NCBI GenBank assembly: GCA_965209035.1 | Contig: OZ242372.1 | Location: 1,824,001 to 1,888,000, forward strand | Direction: 5' to 3' | From: Gammaproteobacteria bacterium | GTDB taxonomy: Bacteria; Pseudomonadota; Gammaproteobacteria; CBDBNL01; JAAOII01 | Length of the DNA: 64,000 bases | Shown: positions 10,028-20,643 of the stretch, in pieces | Numbering within the stretch: position 1 is the stretch's first letter | Layout: every line of letters begins with the position of its first letter | Position numbers and translations under genes: made by a program | Notes under the pieces: generated by a model | Seen by the model: the letters and a program-made list of their open reading frames with translations, nothing else | Database searches by the model: none | What the model was told of the DNA's origin: nothing

Positions 10028-10915
10028 ATGAGAGAAAGATTACAAACAATGCTTCCCAAACTGGTGCTATCGCCCAGTTTGGTGTTGATGTTGGTATTCG
10101 TTTACTTTTTCATTCTTTGGACGGGTTATCTTTCGTTCACCGATTCCAAATTTTTGCCTTCTTACGGCTGGGTCGGCGATGCCAATTATGAGAGACTGTG
10201 GGGTCTGCGTCATTGGAAAACCGCTTTAACCAACCTGGCTATTTTTGGCTTTCTTTACATCTTCATATGCACTGTGATTGGCCTCCTGTTGGCAATTCTT
10301 TTGGACCAGCAGATTCGCGGCGAGGGCGTTTTGCGTCCTTTGTATCTTTATCCGATGGCATTGTCTTTTATTGTTACGGGGACGGCATGGAAGTGGTTTC
10401 TGGATCCGGGCATAGGTGTTGAACACATCATTCAAAGTTGGGGATTTGAAGACTTTGGTTTTAGATGGATTAAGAGCCGCAGTATGGCGATTTATTGTGT
10501 GGTTTTGGCGGCGGTTTGGCAAACATCCGGTTTTGTGATGGCGATGTTTCTTGCGGGGCTCAGAGGGATTGATGGTGAAATTCTTAAGGCGGCTCAGGTA
10601 GATGGCGCACGCAGTTGGCGACTTTACCTGCGAGTTGTGTTGCCATTGCTTAAGCCAATCTTTCTTTCCGTATTCGTCATTCTGGGGCATTTGGCTATTA
10701 AGTCCTACGATCTTGTGATTGCTCTTACCAACGGCGGCCCCGGGCGGGCAACCGAATTGCCGGCAACATTCATGTATTCTTACACATTTACCCGCAATCA
10801 AATGGGTGTGGGTGCGGCATCGTCTATTGTGATGCTGCTCATGATTGCCTCAATTATCGTTCCCTATCTTTACGCGGAAATCAAATCGCAAAGCAGGAAA
10901 GAAGAACAAAAATGA
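10028..10915 (+). CDS. carbohydrate ABC transporter permease 1
   Basis: multi-TM; EAA-like loop EILKAAQVDGA. Confidence 0.9.
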   Translation: MRERLQTMLPKLVLSPSLVLMLVFVYFFILWTGYLSFTDSKFLPSYGWVGDANYERLWGLRHWKTALTNLAIFGFLYIFICTVIGLLLAILLDQQIRGEGVLRPLYLYPMALSFIVTGTAWKWFLDPGIGVEHIIQSWGFEDFGFRWIKSRSMAIYCVVLAAVWQTSGFVMAMFLAGLRGIDGEILKAAQVDGARSWRLYLRVVLPLLKPIFLSVFVILGHLAIKSYDLVIALTNGGPGRATELPATFMYSYTFTRNQMGVGAASSIVMLLMIASIIVPYLYAEIKSQSRKEEQK

Positions 10916-11778
10916 ATACAAACAGACTACCGGAACTATTGGGCAGAGTTCTTATTTACGCGGTCCTGCTATTTTTTGTGATCTTTTATAGTTTGCCCTT
11001 ATATGTCATGCTGACGAATTCGTTCAAACCGCTTAGCGAGATACGCTCCGGCGGGATGCTTTACTTGCCGGATGTTTTTACCGTGGCGCCGTGGCTTAAG
11101 GCATGGTCCACCGCACAGATTGGCGTGGAAGCAACCGGGTTGCGTATTTACTTTTGGAATTCCATCAAAATGGTTGTACCTGCCGTTATCATTTCCACAA
11201 TCATTGGCGCGCTCAACGGTTATGTTCTTACCAAATGGAGATTTCGCGGTCATAACCTGATATTCGGGATGCTGTTGTTTTCCTGTTTTATTCCTTTTCA
11301 AGCCATTCTCATTCCGACCGCTCGCTTGCTCGGGCTTCTGGGGTTGGCAGGCACCACATCCGGCCTGGTTCTCGTGCATGTTGCCTATGGCATTGGTTTT
11401 ACCACCTTGTTTTTTCGCAACTACTATATGGCATTCCCGGATGAATTGATGAAGGCCGCCCAGGTAGATGGCGCGGGTTTCTTTACGATTTTTACCCGTA
11501 TTTTGTTACCGACATCCTTGCCGATTATCGTCGTTAGCGTTATCTGGCAGTTCACCAATGTTTGGAACGACTTCTTATTCGGCGCTTCTTATTCAAGTGC
11601 CTTATCGCAACCCATGACCGTGGCACTTAATAATCTGGTCAGTTCCTCCACAGGCGTAAAAGAATATAATGTCCATTTTGCCGGAGCCATCATGGCGGCT
11701 CTGCCGACTCTGGTGGTGTATGTCGTGGCGGGCAAGTATTTTCTGCGCGGGCTGATGGCCGGCTCGGTCAAAGGTTGA
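10912..11778 (+). CDS. carbohydrate ABC transporter permease 2
   Basis: DELMKAAQVDGA loop, WNDFLFG, C-terminal GLMAGSVKG. Confidence 0.9.
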   Translation: MNTNRLPELLGRVLIYAVLLFFVIFYSLPLYVMLTNSFKPLSEIRSGGMLYLPDVFTVAPWLKAWSTAQIGVEATGLRIYFWNSIKMVVPAVIISTIIGALNGYVLTKWRFRGHNLIFGMLLFSCFIPFQAILIPTARLLGLLGLAGTTSGLVLVHVAYGIGFTTLFFRNYYMAFPDELMKAAQVDGAGFFTIFTRILLPTSLPIIVVSVIWQFTNVWNDFLFGASYSSALSQPMTVALNNLVSSSTGVKEYNVHFAGAIMAALPTLVVYVVAGKYFLRGLMAGSVKG

Positions 11779-11818
11779 GCGGCCGGGTTTTTGGAAGGTC
11801 TGCCCGTTTGGATTAGGT

Positions 11819-11996
11819 CGATTTTATTTTTATCATTTTTCTATAGATAGTTTGCTACTATGAGTTTTTTACAAATTAATCATTTATACAAGAGTTTTGG
11901 CAGTGCCAAGATTCTGGATAACATTGATCTTGCCGCGAAAGAAGGCGAGTTTCTTGTCTTGGTCGGCCCTTCGGGCTGCGGTAAATCAACGCTACT
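11819..11996 (+). repeat. ~178-bp direct repeat, copy 1 (copy 2 at 13574-13751)
   Basis: manual alignment: same length, 2 mismatches upstream of ATG plus third-codon-position differences only. Confidence 0.95.
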
Positions 11997-12006
11997 TTTA
12001 TTATGA
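11860..12006 (+). pseudogene. duplicated 5' stub (48 codons) of the ABC ATPase gene at 13615
   Basis: MSFLQ...GPSGCGKSTLL identical in amino acids to 13615..; stop TGA 12004-12006 overlaps ATG 12003 of next gene. Confidence 0.9.
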
Positions 12007-13511
12007 TGAAAACTTTGCGTTTGTTCGGTTATATTACTTTATTCAGTATTGGCGTCATCATCGTCTTGTCGGGTATTCTAACGGCAGTTTCTTTTTTGGA
12101 TAAAGGAAACAGCAGATGGTCGTTGCTTTTTGAAAATGTCAGAGAATCAGTGGAACTGATTTATGAGGGTGATATTAATCAGCTCATAGCAAGAGGAAAC
12201 AGAAAACTGCATTCTTTTTATCCGGCATCACATTCGGTTGTGACAAAATCGACAAAAATAGCAATGCTATATCACCCGTGGGGGATGGATTTCGCTCCTA
12301 TTAATGGAATAGATCAATTATTGGTAACTGAAAGATTTCGGAAGAATATTGCGGTTATTGAGAATGACGAACTGTGGGGAAAATTGAATGTAGATATTGT
12401 GGAAAACATTACTGCGGAAAAAGAAGATTCTGAATTGACAAAGAAAAAAGTATATACTTTCCAGCTCTACGATGTTGCTTTTGATCCGGATTATGATAAT
12501 CAAGATAATCAATATATTTATGTTTCGGCTATTATCAAGACAAAAGGCCCGGGGGAATTAGGTTGCGAGAATCATGCGATCCTTAAGATCCGCTATGATT
12601 ATGAGAAAAAGAAAATCTTAAATAAGCCGATTACACAAGATGACATTATTTTTGAAACAAATGATACAAAAGCCGGAGGTACGGATTGCCGGGCAAGAGA
12701 AAGAGGTGTTGTTGTAGGAAACCGTATTCATTTTTTGCGGGACAAAACACTTTTATTTTCCATCGGTTATAGTAATAATGATCATCTTGCCGAGCATTCT
12801 GCCGAGGTTCCTGCGGCCCAAGACATGGGATACTTTGAGAGCAAGTTACTGCGTATGACCCGCAATGGCATAGCAGTTTGTGATCGGCATCCTTTGGCTT
12901 CCAATCCTTTTTGCGATAGGTCGGAGAAGGCGGCAAAATACATTCACACTTTAGGTCACAAAGATATTCAAGGAATTACGGAAGATGCGGACGGTAATAT
13001 CTGGACTTCCGAACACGGGCCCCATCGTGGCGATGAAATTAATCGCATAGTTGCGGGGAATAATTACGGTTTTCCTTATTTGTGTGTTAGGTGTCGTCCC
13101 TATGTTCCTCCTTTCCCGATCAGTTACTCCGAATATGAAAAGTCTCCCGCACTTTTATCTGCAAGGTTGATTGCGGATGGCCATTCCAATCCGTCGAATT
13201 TTGTGCAAACTTTGATAAAACCTGTGTACTCTTGGGAAGACTATGCTTGGAATTTTTCTATAGCCCCATCTGGCATAGATTATTACAGCTATGAAGGGGA
13301 GTTTCATAACAATTTGTTCATTGCAACTCTGGCTAACGAAAAATTGGAGAGGCTAAAAATTCAAAATGACGGAAAAATTTTAAGAGAGGATCCTCTTTAT
13401 CAAGGAATTCGCATCAGAGATGTTCAAGTACGGGATGCAGAAAATATTTATGTTTTGATAGACCATGGCGAAGGAGATACCGTGTTGAAGTTTACCTTAA
13501 GAACCAAATGA
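12003..13511 (+). CDS. PQQ-dependent glucose/sorbosone dehydrogenase family (beta-propeller) with N-terminal membrane anchor
   Basis: LYHPWGMDF, TLGHKDIQG, WTSEHGPHRGDEINRIVAGNNYGFP, IAPSG, RIRDV; more AT-rich than flanks. Confidence 0.8.
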   Translation: MMKTLRLFGYITLFSIGVIIVLSGILTAVSFLDKGNSRWSLLFENVRESVELIYEGDINQLIARGNRKLHSFYPASHSVVTKSTKIAMLYHPWGMDFAPINGIDQLLVTERFRKNIAVIENDELWGKLNVDIVENITAEKEDSELTKKKVYTFQLYDVAFDPDYDNQDNQYIYVSAIIKTKGPGELGCENHAILKIRYDYEKKKILNKPITQDDIIFETNDTKAGGTDCRARERGVVVGNRIHFLRDKTLLFSIGYSNNDHLAEHSAEVPAAQDMGYFESKLLRMTRNGIAVCDRHPLASNPFCDRSEKAAKYIHTLGHKDIQGITEDADGNIWTSEHGPHRGDEINRIVAGNNYGFPYLCVRCRPYVPPFPISYSEYEKSPALLSARLIADGHSNPSNFVQTLIKPVYSWEDYAWNFSIAPSGIDYYSYEGEFHNNLFIATLANEKLERLKIQNDGKILREDPLYQGIRIRDVQVRDAENIYVLIDHGEGDTVLKFTLRTK

Positions 13512-13573
13512 TGAATTTTATTTGGAACAGAAAAGTGGATCTCATATACACGAGGGGCAACAAGAATAACTAA

Positions 13574-13751
13574 CGATTTTATTTTTATCATTTTTCTATA
13601 GATAGCTTGTTACTATGAGTTTTTTACAAATTAATCATTTATACAAGAGTTTTGGCAGTGCCAAGATTCTGGATAACATCGATCTCGCCGCCAAAGAAGG
13701 CGAGTTTCTTGTCTTGGTCGGCCCTTCGGGCTGCGGTAAGTCAACGCTCCT
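13574..13751 (+). repeat. ~178-bp direct repeat, copy 2
   Basis: matches 11819-11996. Confidence 0.95.
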
Positions 13752-14724
13752 CAATATCATTGCCGGCCTGATACCGCACGATAGCGGCGATATTGTCATA
13801 GGCGGTAAGAATGTTGTGGGTCTGCATCCTTCCAAACGCAATATTGCGATGGTGTTTCAGTCCTATGCCCTTTATCCGAATATGACGGTGGAACAGAACA
13901 TCTGTTTTGGAATGGAGATGAACCGAGTCCCCAAAGACAAGCGACGCAAAAAAGCCATGGATGTGGCAAAGATATTGCAATTGGAGAACTTGCTGCGTCG
14001 CAAGCCGAGCCAGTTATCCGGCGGGCAAAGGCAGCGCGTCGCCATGGGCAGGGCAATGGCAAGGTCGCCGCAGGTTTTTCTGTTTGATGAGCCTCTCTCC
14101 AATCTGGATGCCAAGTTGCGTTTGGAGATGCGTGCCGAAATAAAGAAACTCCATTTTGTCACCGGAACAACCATGGTTTATGTTACCCACGATCAGATAG
14201 AAGCGATGACGCTGGCAAGTCGCATTGCGGTGATGAATCAAGGAGTTATTCAACAATTCGGGACGCCGCGCGAAATTTATCATTCGCCGAATAACACATT
14301 TGTGGCGGGTTTTATGGGATCTCCGGCTATGAACCTGTTTGAGGTTTCTCTGAAATCAAAGGGGAGCAACCTTGCTGCCATTGGGCGGGATGCGAAAAAT
14401 AAGGATGTAACTTTCGTTGTTTCAAAACCTTCCGCGGCATTGAAAAAATACGCTAAATCCAAAGTGATTATGGGGATCCGTCCGGAGGGTATTTCCAACT
14501 CGGGCAGCGGTCCCGTGGCAAAAATGCAAAAAGTGAACTGCCAGGTGGATCTGGTAGACCCTATCGGCTCCGATACCCTGGTGACATTTATTCTAAGCGG
14601 TGTCAATGTTACCGCCAAGTTACCCGGCGACATCGCCGTGGAAATTAAAAAGAAGATCACGCTCTTTTTTAATATGGAGCGTGTCTGTTTCTTTGACAAG
14701 AAAACCGGCGAGAGAATCAATTAG
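13615..14724 (+). CDS. carbohydrate ABC transporter ATP-binding protein (MalK/UgpC family)
   Basis: Walker A GPSGCGKS, LSGGQRQR, FLFDEPLSNLD, YVTHDQ, C-terminal TOBE-like region. Confidence 0.93.
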   Translation: MSFLQINHLYKSFGSAKILDNIDLAAKEGEFLVLVGPSGCGKSTLLNIIAGLIPHDSGDIVIGGKNVVGLHPSKRNIAMVFQSYALYPNMTVEQNICFGMEMNRVPKDKRRKKAMDVAKILQLENLLRRKPSQLSGGQRQRVAMGRAMARSPQVFLFDEPLSNLDAKLRLEMRAEIKKLHFVTGTTMVYVTHDQIEAMTLASRIAVMNQGVIQQFGTPREIYHSPNNTFVAGFMGSPAMNLFEVSLKSKGSNLAAIGRDAKNKDVTFVVSKPSAALKKYAKSKVIMGIRPEGISNSGSGPVAKMQKVNCQVDLVDPIGSDTLVTFILSGVNVTAKLPGDIAVEIKKKITLFFNMERVCFFDKKTGERIN

Positions 14725-14732
14725 CATAAAAA

Positions 14733-15662
14733 ATGGAAATGTTCTTCGGTGGTATCGAAACTTTTTGTCATTTTGTTATTTTTGTAGCAAGTGTTTGGGC
14801 TATTGCGCTCGTTGTTTACATCTTTCTTTTTGCTTATCACTTCTATAATGCTACGGACAAGCGGGGAATCTGTTTTTTGAAACATTGGGCGTGCGGCATC
14901 GTTTGCTATAAGCCGTGTGGCATCTCGCCGGTTATTTTGAAAGCATTGCCGTTGAGGGATAAGAGTAAGAAGTCGGATGCGGATAAGAATGAGGGAGAAA
15001 AAACTGATAGTGTGCTTGCGGGAAAACGTAACTGGGTTGTCCAAGAAGATATTTTGATTACAATTAACGATTCATATACCGCGGCCTTGCTTGAGATTAA
15101 AAAAGGCGATAAAGTCTTAATTCCGCGGTGTTTTAGAACAGACGGGGCTTCTGTTCCGCGATCTTTTTGGTTTATCTCTTCTCCGACGGGCATGTTATTT
15201 CGTGCGGCTCTTTTACATGATTATGCTTGTCGTAAGGGTGAAATCATAATTGCTGGGAAATCGGCCCCTCTAAAAAAATCGATGTTATTTTGGGAACTTC
15301 TTTTTCTGCGCATCGCGATTGAGACCAACGGCCGGATTTCCTTGATTATTCATTTGATCCCATTTCTCGCTTTGGTTTGCTTTCGCCGCTTTGTCATATT
15401 GGTCACAAAATATTTGGTCCCATTTCTTGGGTTGGTCTGCTTTGGCTGGTTCTCCTGGTTCGGTAGAAAAAAAACTGCGGATGACGCAAATGACGAACCG
15501 GACAAAATATCCAAAAAGATATGGCAGTATGTCTACTTGGCGTTTAATCTTTTTATGGGCACTCTGATTCTTTATCTGCTTTTTCTATTTTTCCGTGAAT
15601 TCTTATGTCGTTTTTCATTTATTAAACCCCTATGTGAATTCCTCTCCTGCCTGATAGGGTAA
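14733..15662 (+). CDS. DUF1353-domain membrane protein
   Basis: FRTDGASVPR...RAALLHDY motif; hydrophobic N- and C-terminal segments; internal ~60-bp duplication (HLIPFLALVCF / YLVPFLGLVCF). Confidence 0.7.
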   Translation: MEMFFGGIETFCHFVIFVASVWAIALVVYIFLFAYHFYNATDKRGICFLKHWACGIVCYKPCGISPVILKALPLRDKSKKSDADKNEGEKTDSVLAGKRNWVVQEDILITINDSYTAALLEIKKGDKVLIPRCFRTDGASVPRSFWFISSPTGMLFRAALLHDYACRKGEIIIAGKSAPLKKSMLFWELLFLRIAIETNGRISLIIHLIPFLALVCFRRFVILVTKYLVPFLGLVCFGWFSWFGRKKTADDANDEPDKISKKIWQYVYLAFNLFMGTLILYLLFLFFREFLCRFSFIKPLCEFLSCLIG

Positions 15663-15749
15663 TAGCAGAAAATAAGAGACCTCAAAACCCGACGGACTTA
15701 CCTTGGAATTTAAATATTATCCTAAAAAATCTGCCGAAACTGAGACTAC
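15309..15749 (+). repeat. diverged direct repeat, copy 1 (copy 2 at ~20644-20995) bracketing the R-M gene
   Basis: shared blocks TTGAGACCAACGG, ATTATTCATTTGAT, AAAAAAACTGCGGATGA, ACCTCAAAA.CCGACGGA, TTGGAATTTAAATATTATCC.AAAAAATCTGCCG. Confidence 0.85.
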
Positions 15750-16031
15750 CGCATCATCCCGGAAAGGTTTTAGACTCTGAGTTTGGTGTTGTGCGTCTTT
15801 AGAATCGGGAATCGGAGGCACCCGGTGATCTATGCGGAGGCAATGTTCACAATTTAAATTGTTGAAGTAAAAATACATAAATAAAGAGAGGAAAATTAGA
15901 ACTATGTCAAAGCAAGAGAGCAGCCGGAGAATGATCGCTATGCAAACAAGCGGGGTCCAAACAATCTGTCCGCAGGTTTGGCCGAAATGTGCCGAGCCGG
16001 CTGAAGTCGCAAAAGAGAAACCTGATCCCGT

Positions 16032-19000
16032 ATGAAAGCATTTGAGGCCTTAGAACAGATTCGCCGGGAAAGTGCCTCCACCTCAGATTTAGGGCGATCA
16101 TTTGAAAAATTGTTTTGTCAAGTGGCTATCAAGAGTCCCGAACTGGAAATTGAGTCCATATATCCGATAGCCCAATGGCCGGATGCACACAAACACGCAC
16201 TTGACGGAAGAGACATAGGCGTCGATCTGGTGGCAGTGCTCACTTCCGGTGATACGGTGGCAATACAATGCAAAGCATATTCTTCGAATACGCCGGTCAG
16301 TCGGGACGATGTTAGGAATTTTTTGGCGGGTTCTCAAAACTCGGTATTTACTTTGAGGTGGCTTGTGACAACCTCCGGCATAAATGATAATGTTCGGCAA
16401 ATGCTGGTGAACACAAATGTCAAAGTCCTGTACTTTACAGATTTTCATTCGGTTGAATTGGATACCGCGCAACAACCACCGCGCGAACTCTGGCCATTAC
16501 AACAAGAATCTTTGGAAAAAGTCGTACAAGGATTTAGTGAGCAGCCGAAGGAACAGGGGCGCGGCCGCTTGATAATGGCTTGCGGGACAGGTAAAACATT
16601 CACCGCACTACGCATTACGGAAAAACTGGTAGATTCTAACGGAACTATTTTGTTTCTGGCTCCCAGTATTGCCTTGGTGGCACAGGCACGGCGGGAATGG
16701 TTAACTCACAGTCGGCGGCCTCTGCAATGCACCGTGATTTGCTCGGATGCCACTGCCGGTTCCTCGGATACCCGGCAGAATGTGGAGGCTCTGCTTATGG
16801 AATTATCCTGCTCGGTCACTACGGAACCCGGGAAAATTGCTCGCTCTATTCTTAACAACCAAGAAAAGTTATCAAAATCCGGCGGCGTTTCGGTGGTATT
16901 CTGCACTTATCATTCACTGGATAAACTGATTACAGCACAAAAAGAATATCAACTCAAACCGTTTGACTTGGCAATAGTGGATGAGGCACATCGGACAGCG
17001 GGAACGCAATTAGAAGACACTGCCGATAGACGTCTGTTTAAGAAAATTCATTATGATGACGAAATTCGATGCCATAAACGCTTATATATGACAGCAACGC
17101 CCAAAATATATTCCGATAAATCCAAGTTTAAGATGCAAAGCCGTTATCCGGATTTACAAATCATAGATATGAATGACGAGGAAATCTATGGTCCTCTATT
17201 TTCACGACTTTCGTTTAAGGAGGCGGTCAAAAAAGATATGTTGACTAATGTCCGGGTTATCGCTCTTGGCTTGTCAGAAGATGAATTGGATACCGATATG
17301 CGCGAACAGTTTGAGCAGATCAGCAATGAGATAGAAGGGGTTGGAGGGCCACCGGAAATGCAAGAGTATTTGGCGGCAACTCTTATCTATATGGCTGTCA
17401 TGGGCTTGGGTAGAAAAGGGGATAGCAATCTCCCCGATAATTTGCCGAGCACAATCGTGTATGCTAACACGATTCGTAAGTCCAAATGGTTTACGCAAGT
17501 TCTTGAAGAGTTTAACTCCGGCTCCTTAAAACCGTTTGCTGATCTTCTTCACGGTAAACTAAAAGAAGTCACCGCCACTACCCCCCCCCCCCCCCCCCCC
17601 CCCCCACACACACACTGCCTCTCGTAAAAAAATAGAGGCTGTTCATTTGGATGCAAAGAGTAATGCATTCCAAAGAAAACAAGCATTGGATGCACTCAAT
17701 AGTGCCGAGGCAACCGGCACGAACAGGGTGATTAGTAATGTCCGATTATTTTCCGAAGGAGTGGATGTGCCGGCACTTAGCAGCATTGCTTTTCTAAACG
17801 CACGAGACAGCATCACTGATATTATTCAAGCCATCGGTCGGGTCATGCGTAAACCCGCCGGTGAATCTGCCAAGAAATATGGCTACATCATCGCCCCGTT
17901 TTACTTGGCGAGAGGAGAGAGTGTGGCAGAGGCACTGGAAAAGAAGTCGCCGCGCTTCGCAACTCTTGGCAAAGTATTGAGAGCACTCCTGTCCCATGAT
18001 GAAACCCTTAAAGATAATCTACAAGAGGCATTGCAGGTGGGGGTGGTAGCCCTAAAGAAAAAGGGGCCGAACGATGCCCAAGAAGAAGAGGGCGATTACG
18101 ATAGCACAAAACAGTTATCACTTTATTGGCATCAATTAGAGGGTATCCATCCGGAGATAGCCAATTACTGTGGGCTCGGTCATCGCGGTAAGTGGCTGGC
18201 GGAACGCATTATTAGTGCGGTTCAACGCGCAGCAAAGATTTTTGAAGAAGAGGGCGTTGCCAAGACATTGGCAATCTCATTGGGCAAGTCGGAGTCCTTA
18301 CTGGAAAGTCTTAATTCAGATGAGGCGGAGGGTGCCAAGTGGAAGCAAGACGCATGTAGCACATCTTCCCTGTTACTGATCAATGCTTGTTTGATGCATA
18401 AACGCCTTGAAGCAACCGGTAAATGTGAGGGCGAGGGCATAGCCAACTTGGATAAACTCACCGGCAAACAAGAAGTTCTCCCTGTTTTAATAGACAGTTG
18501 GCAAGTTATTTTGAAGCGAGATTACAAGCCCATTTTTGAGCAGGCAGTCCGGATATTGAATGATTTGCAGAAAGAACATAGCGATATTAAGAATTTGAAC
18601 AGGGCCTTGCGTCATCTGATCAATTGTGCCTATGAGATGGCAGAGGATTTGAACGAACTGGGCTATGATCATGCGGGCCCTTTGTATCATAAAATTCTGG
18701 AACACGCGGCAAGCCAAGGAGCCTTTTATACCAAAAACATATCCGCTCTCCTATTATCCAAACTGGCATTTAACAAAACATTTACCGACTGGAAAGATGC
18801 CGACAAAGTCCAAGAACTAAAAGTGTTGGACCCAAGTTGTGGAACGGGAACCTTGCTAATGGCAACGCTAAATACATTTAAACAAAGAGTCATAGCAGCC
18901 GGAAGTTTGAGCCGGGCAGAACCGGGAAACCTGCATAAGAACCTGGTAGAAAATTGTATTCATGGGTTTGATATTACACCCTATGCGGTTCAACTTGCTG

Positions 19001-20625
19001 CCTGCAATATGACACTTGGCGATCCAAATGTTTCCTATAAAAAAATGTGGCTATACACTCTGCCTTATGGACAGAAAAGTGGCAGGGATGAGGTTAAGGC
19101 GCATAATGTGCGTCAAGGCTCTTTGGAATTGCTTCTGCAAGAAGGCAGTGCTTCTGATAACGGGCAACACAATATGCAAGAGTTTTTACAGAAGTCGGCG
19201 CAAGGTTCCGGCTTGGAAGGGGGGACTGCTTCTTTGGGAGAGATAAGCAACTCCTATGATGCGGTCATTATGAATCCGCCCTATACGGATACCTCAAAGC
19301 AGAAGGGTCAATTCCCACTTGCGGTTGGTGAAGCAATGAGTGAGAGGCTGCAAATAATTGCCGGCCATCTTACCAAGAATGCGCCGGAAGAGGCTGCCGC
19401 TCTGGCAAAAATGTCTATAAGACCTTTCTTTAGTCCTCTTGCCGATCGCTTGGTGCATCCGGCCCGAGGCACCTTGGCAAAATTCATGCCTGCTACTGCA
19501 TGCACTGCTATGGGGGGAATTAAGGAAAGGCAGTTTTTGGCAAAGAGATTTCATATTGAAACCATTATTACCACGCATGATCCAAAGGATATTGCTTTTT
19601 CGGCTTCAACAAGCATTCACGAAAGCATACTCATCGCTCGCAGAGATACCGACAAGAACAAGCCGACAAGGTTTGTGCAGTTGGCGCATATGCCGCAAAC
19701 AGTGGAAGAAGTAGAGGTCCTGACAAACGCCATTGAAAAGTCTGAGATGGGAGACTGGGGCAATATCATTCACTGGCCCGCCCCAAAAGTTCAAGCAGGT
19801 GATTGGTCGCCGGTTCTTTGGTATTCGACTGATCTTTTAAATGCTATTCAGCAGATTCAACAACTGAAAGGACTCGCCCCATACAGGAGCGAAACATATT
19901 ATCCCGTCCTGGGGCAGAGTTTTAGAGGTATGTTTGATTATTTGGCAACATCGGAAAACGAAGCTAATCATAACAAAGCAATGCTTCAAGGGTTTGGAGC
20001 ATACTGTTCTATCAAAGAAGAATATCGCAAAACCATGCATTCGTCACCGGATAGCCTAGCAGTTCCCAAACAAGGGAAGGAAGAACAAGCAAAAAGATTA
20101 CTAAGTAAGGGCGGTCACGTGCTCATCCCGGGGCGGTTTAGCACCACAAGCGGGAGAGTGATGGCACTATATACGGAAGAACCGAGCATAGGAAGTGCAT
20201 ACCTGCCCATGGATAGCAGTGATGCAATGGATCGAAATACGGCAAAGGCCTTCACGGTTTTTCTTAACTCGTCCTTTGGTCTGTTACAATTCCTAAACAT
20301 TAGAACGAAAAAGCTGACTTATCCTCAGTTTGAGATGGGTAGTTTGAAAACATTGAGATTTCCGGTGGAAAGCCCGGATCTTTCACCTTTGGTTAAAGTT
20401 TTTAACAAAACAGCACAAGAGGAACTCTTAAGATTAAACAAAGCGAATGAAGACCCCGTTCGTAAAAAATTAGATTATGTGGTTGCCAAACTTTTGGGCG
20501 TAGAACCAGCCGAAACCGATAAATGGCGGACACTACTTGCACTAGAACCCACCATATCCAACAAACCTGCCACCAACAGGCCGAAAATAAAACAAGCCGA
20601 AGAGGATTCTCGCCGTTCCGCATAA
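16032..20625 (+). CDS. Type ISP-like single-polypeptide R-M enzyme (Mrr-type nuclease + SF2 helicase + N6-MTase + TRD), frameshifted at a poly-C tract
   Basis: DIGVDLVA...AIQCK; MACGTGKT; IVDEAH; MTATP; after the shift IEAVHLDA, FSEGVDVPAL, QAIGRVMRK; LDPSCGTGT; MNPPY. Removing one base joins ORFs 16032-17627 and 17647-20625 into 1530 aa. Confidence 0.85.
17581..17615 (+). repeat. C25 homopolymer followed by (AC)5
   Basis: read directly from sequence. Confidence 0.95.
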
Positions 20626-20643
20626 GTCGGACAGGGTCTCGAA

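Noticed and set aside
15961-15974. 14-bp exact match ACAATCTGTCCGCA to the start of the 80-bp target duplication at 54024
   Set aside because: Match does not extend; several 14-mer coincidences are expected by chance in 64 kb
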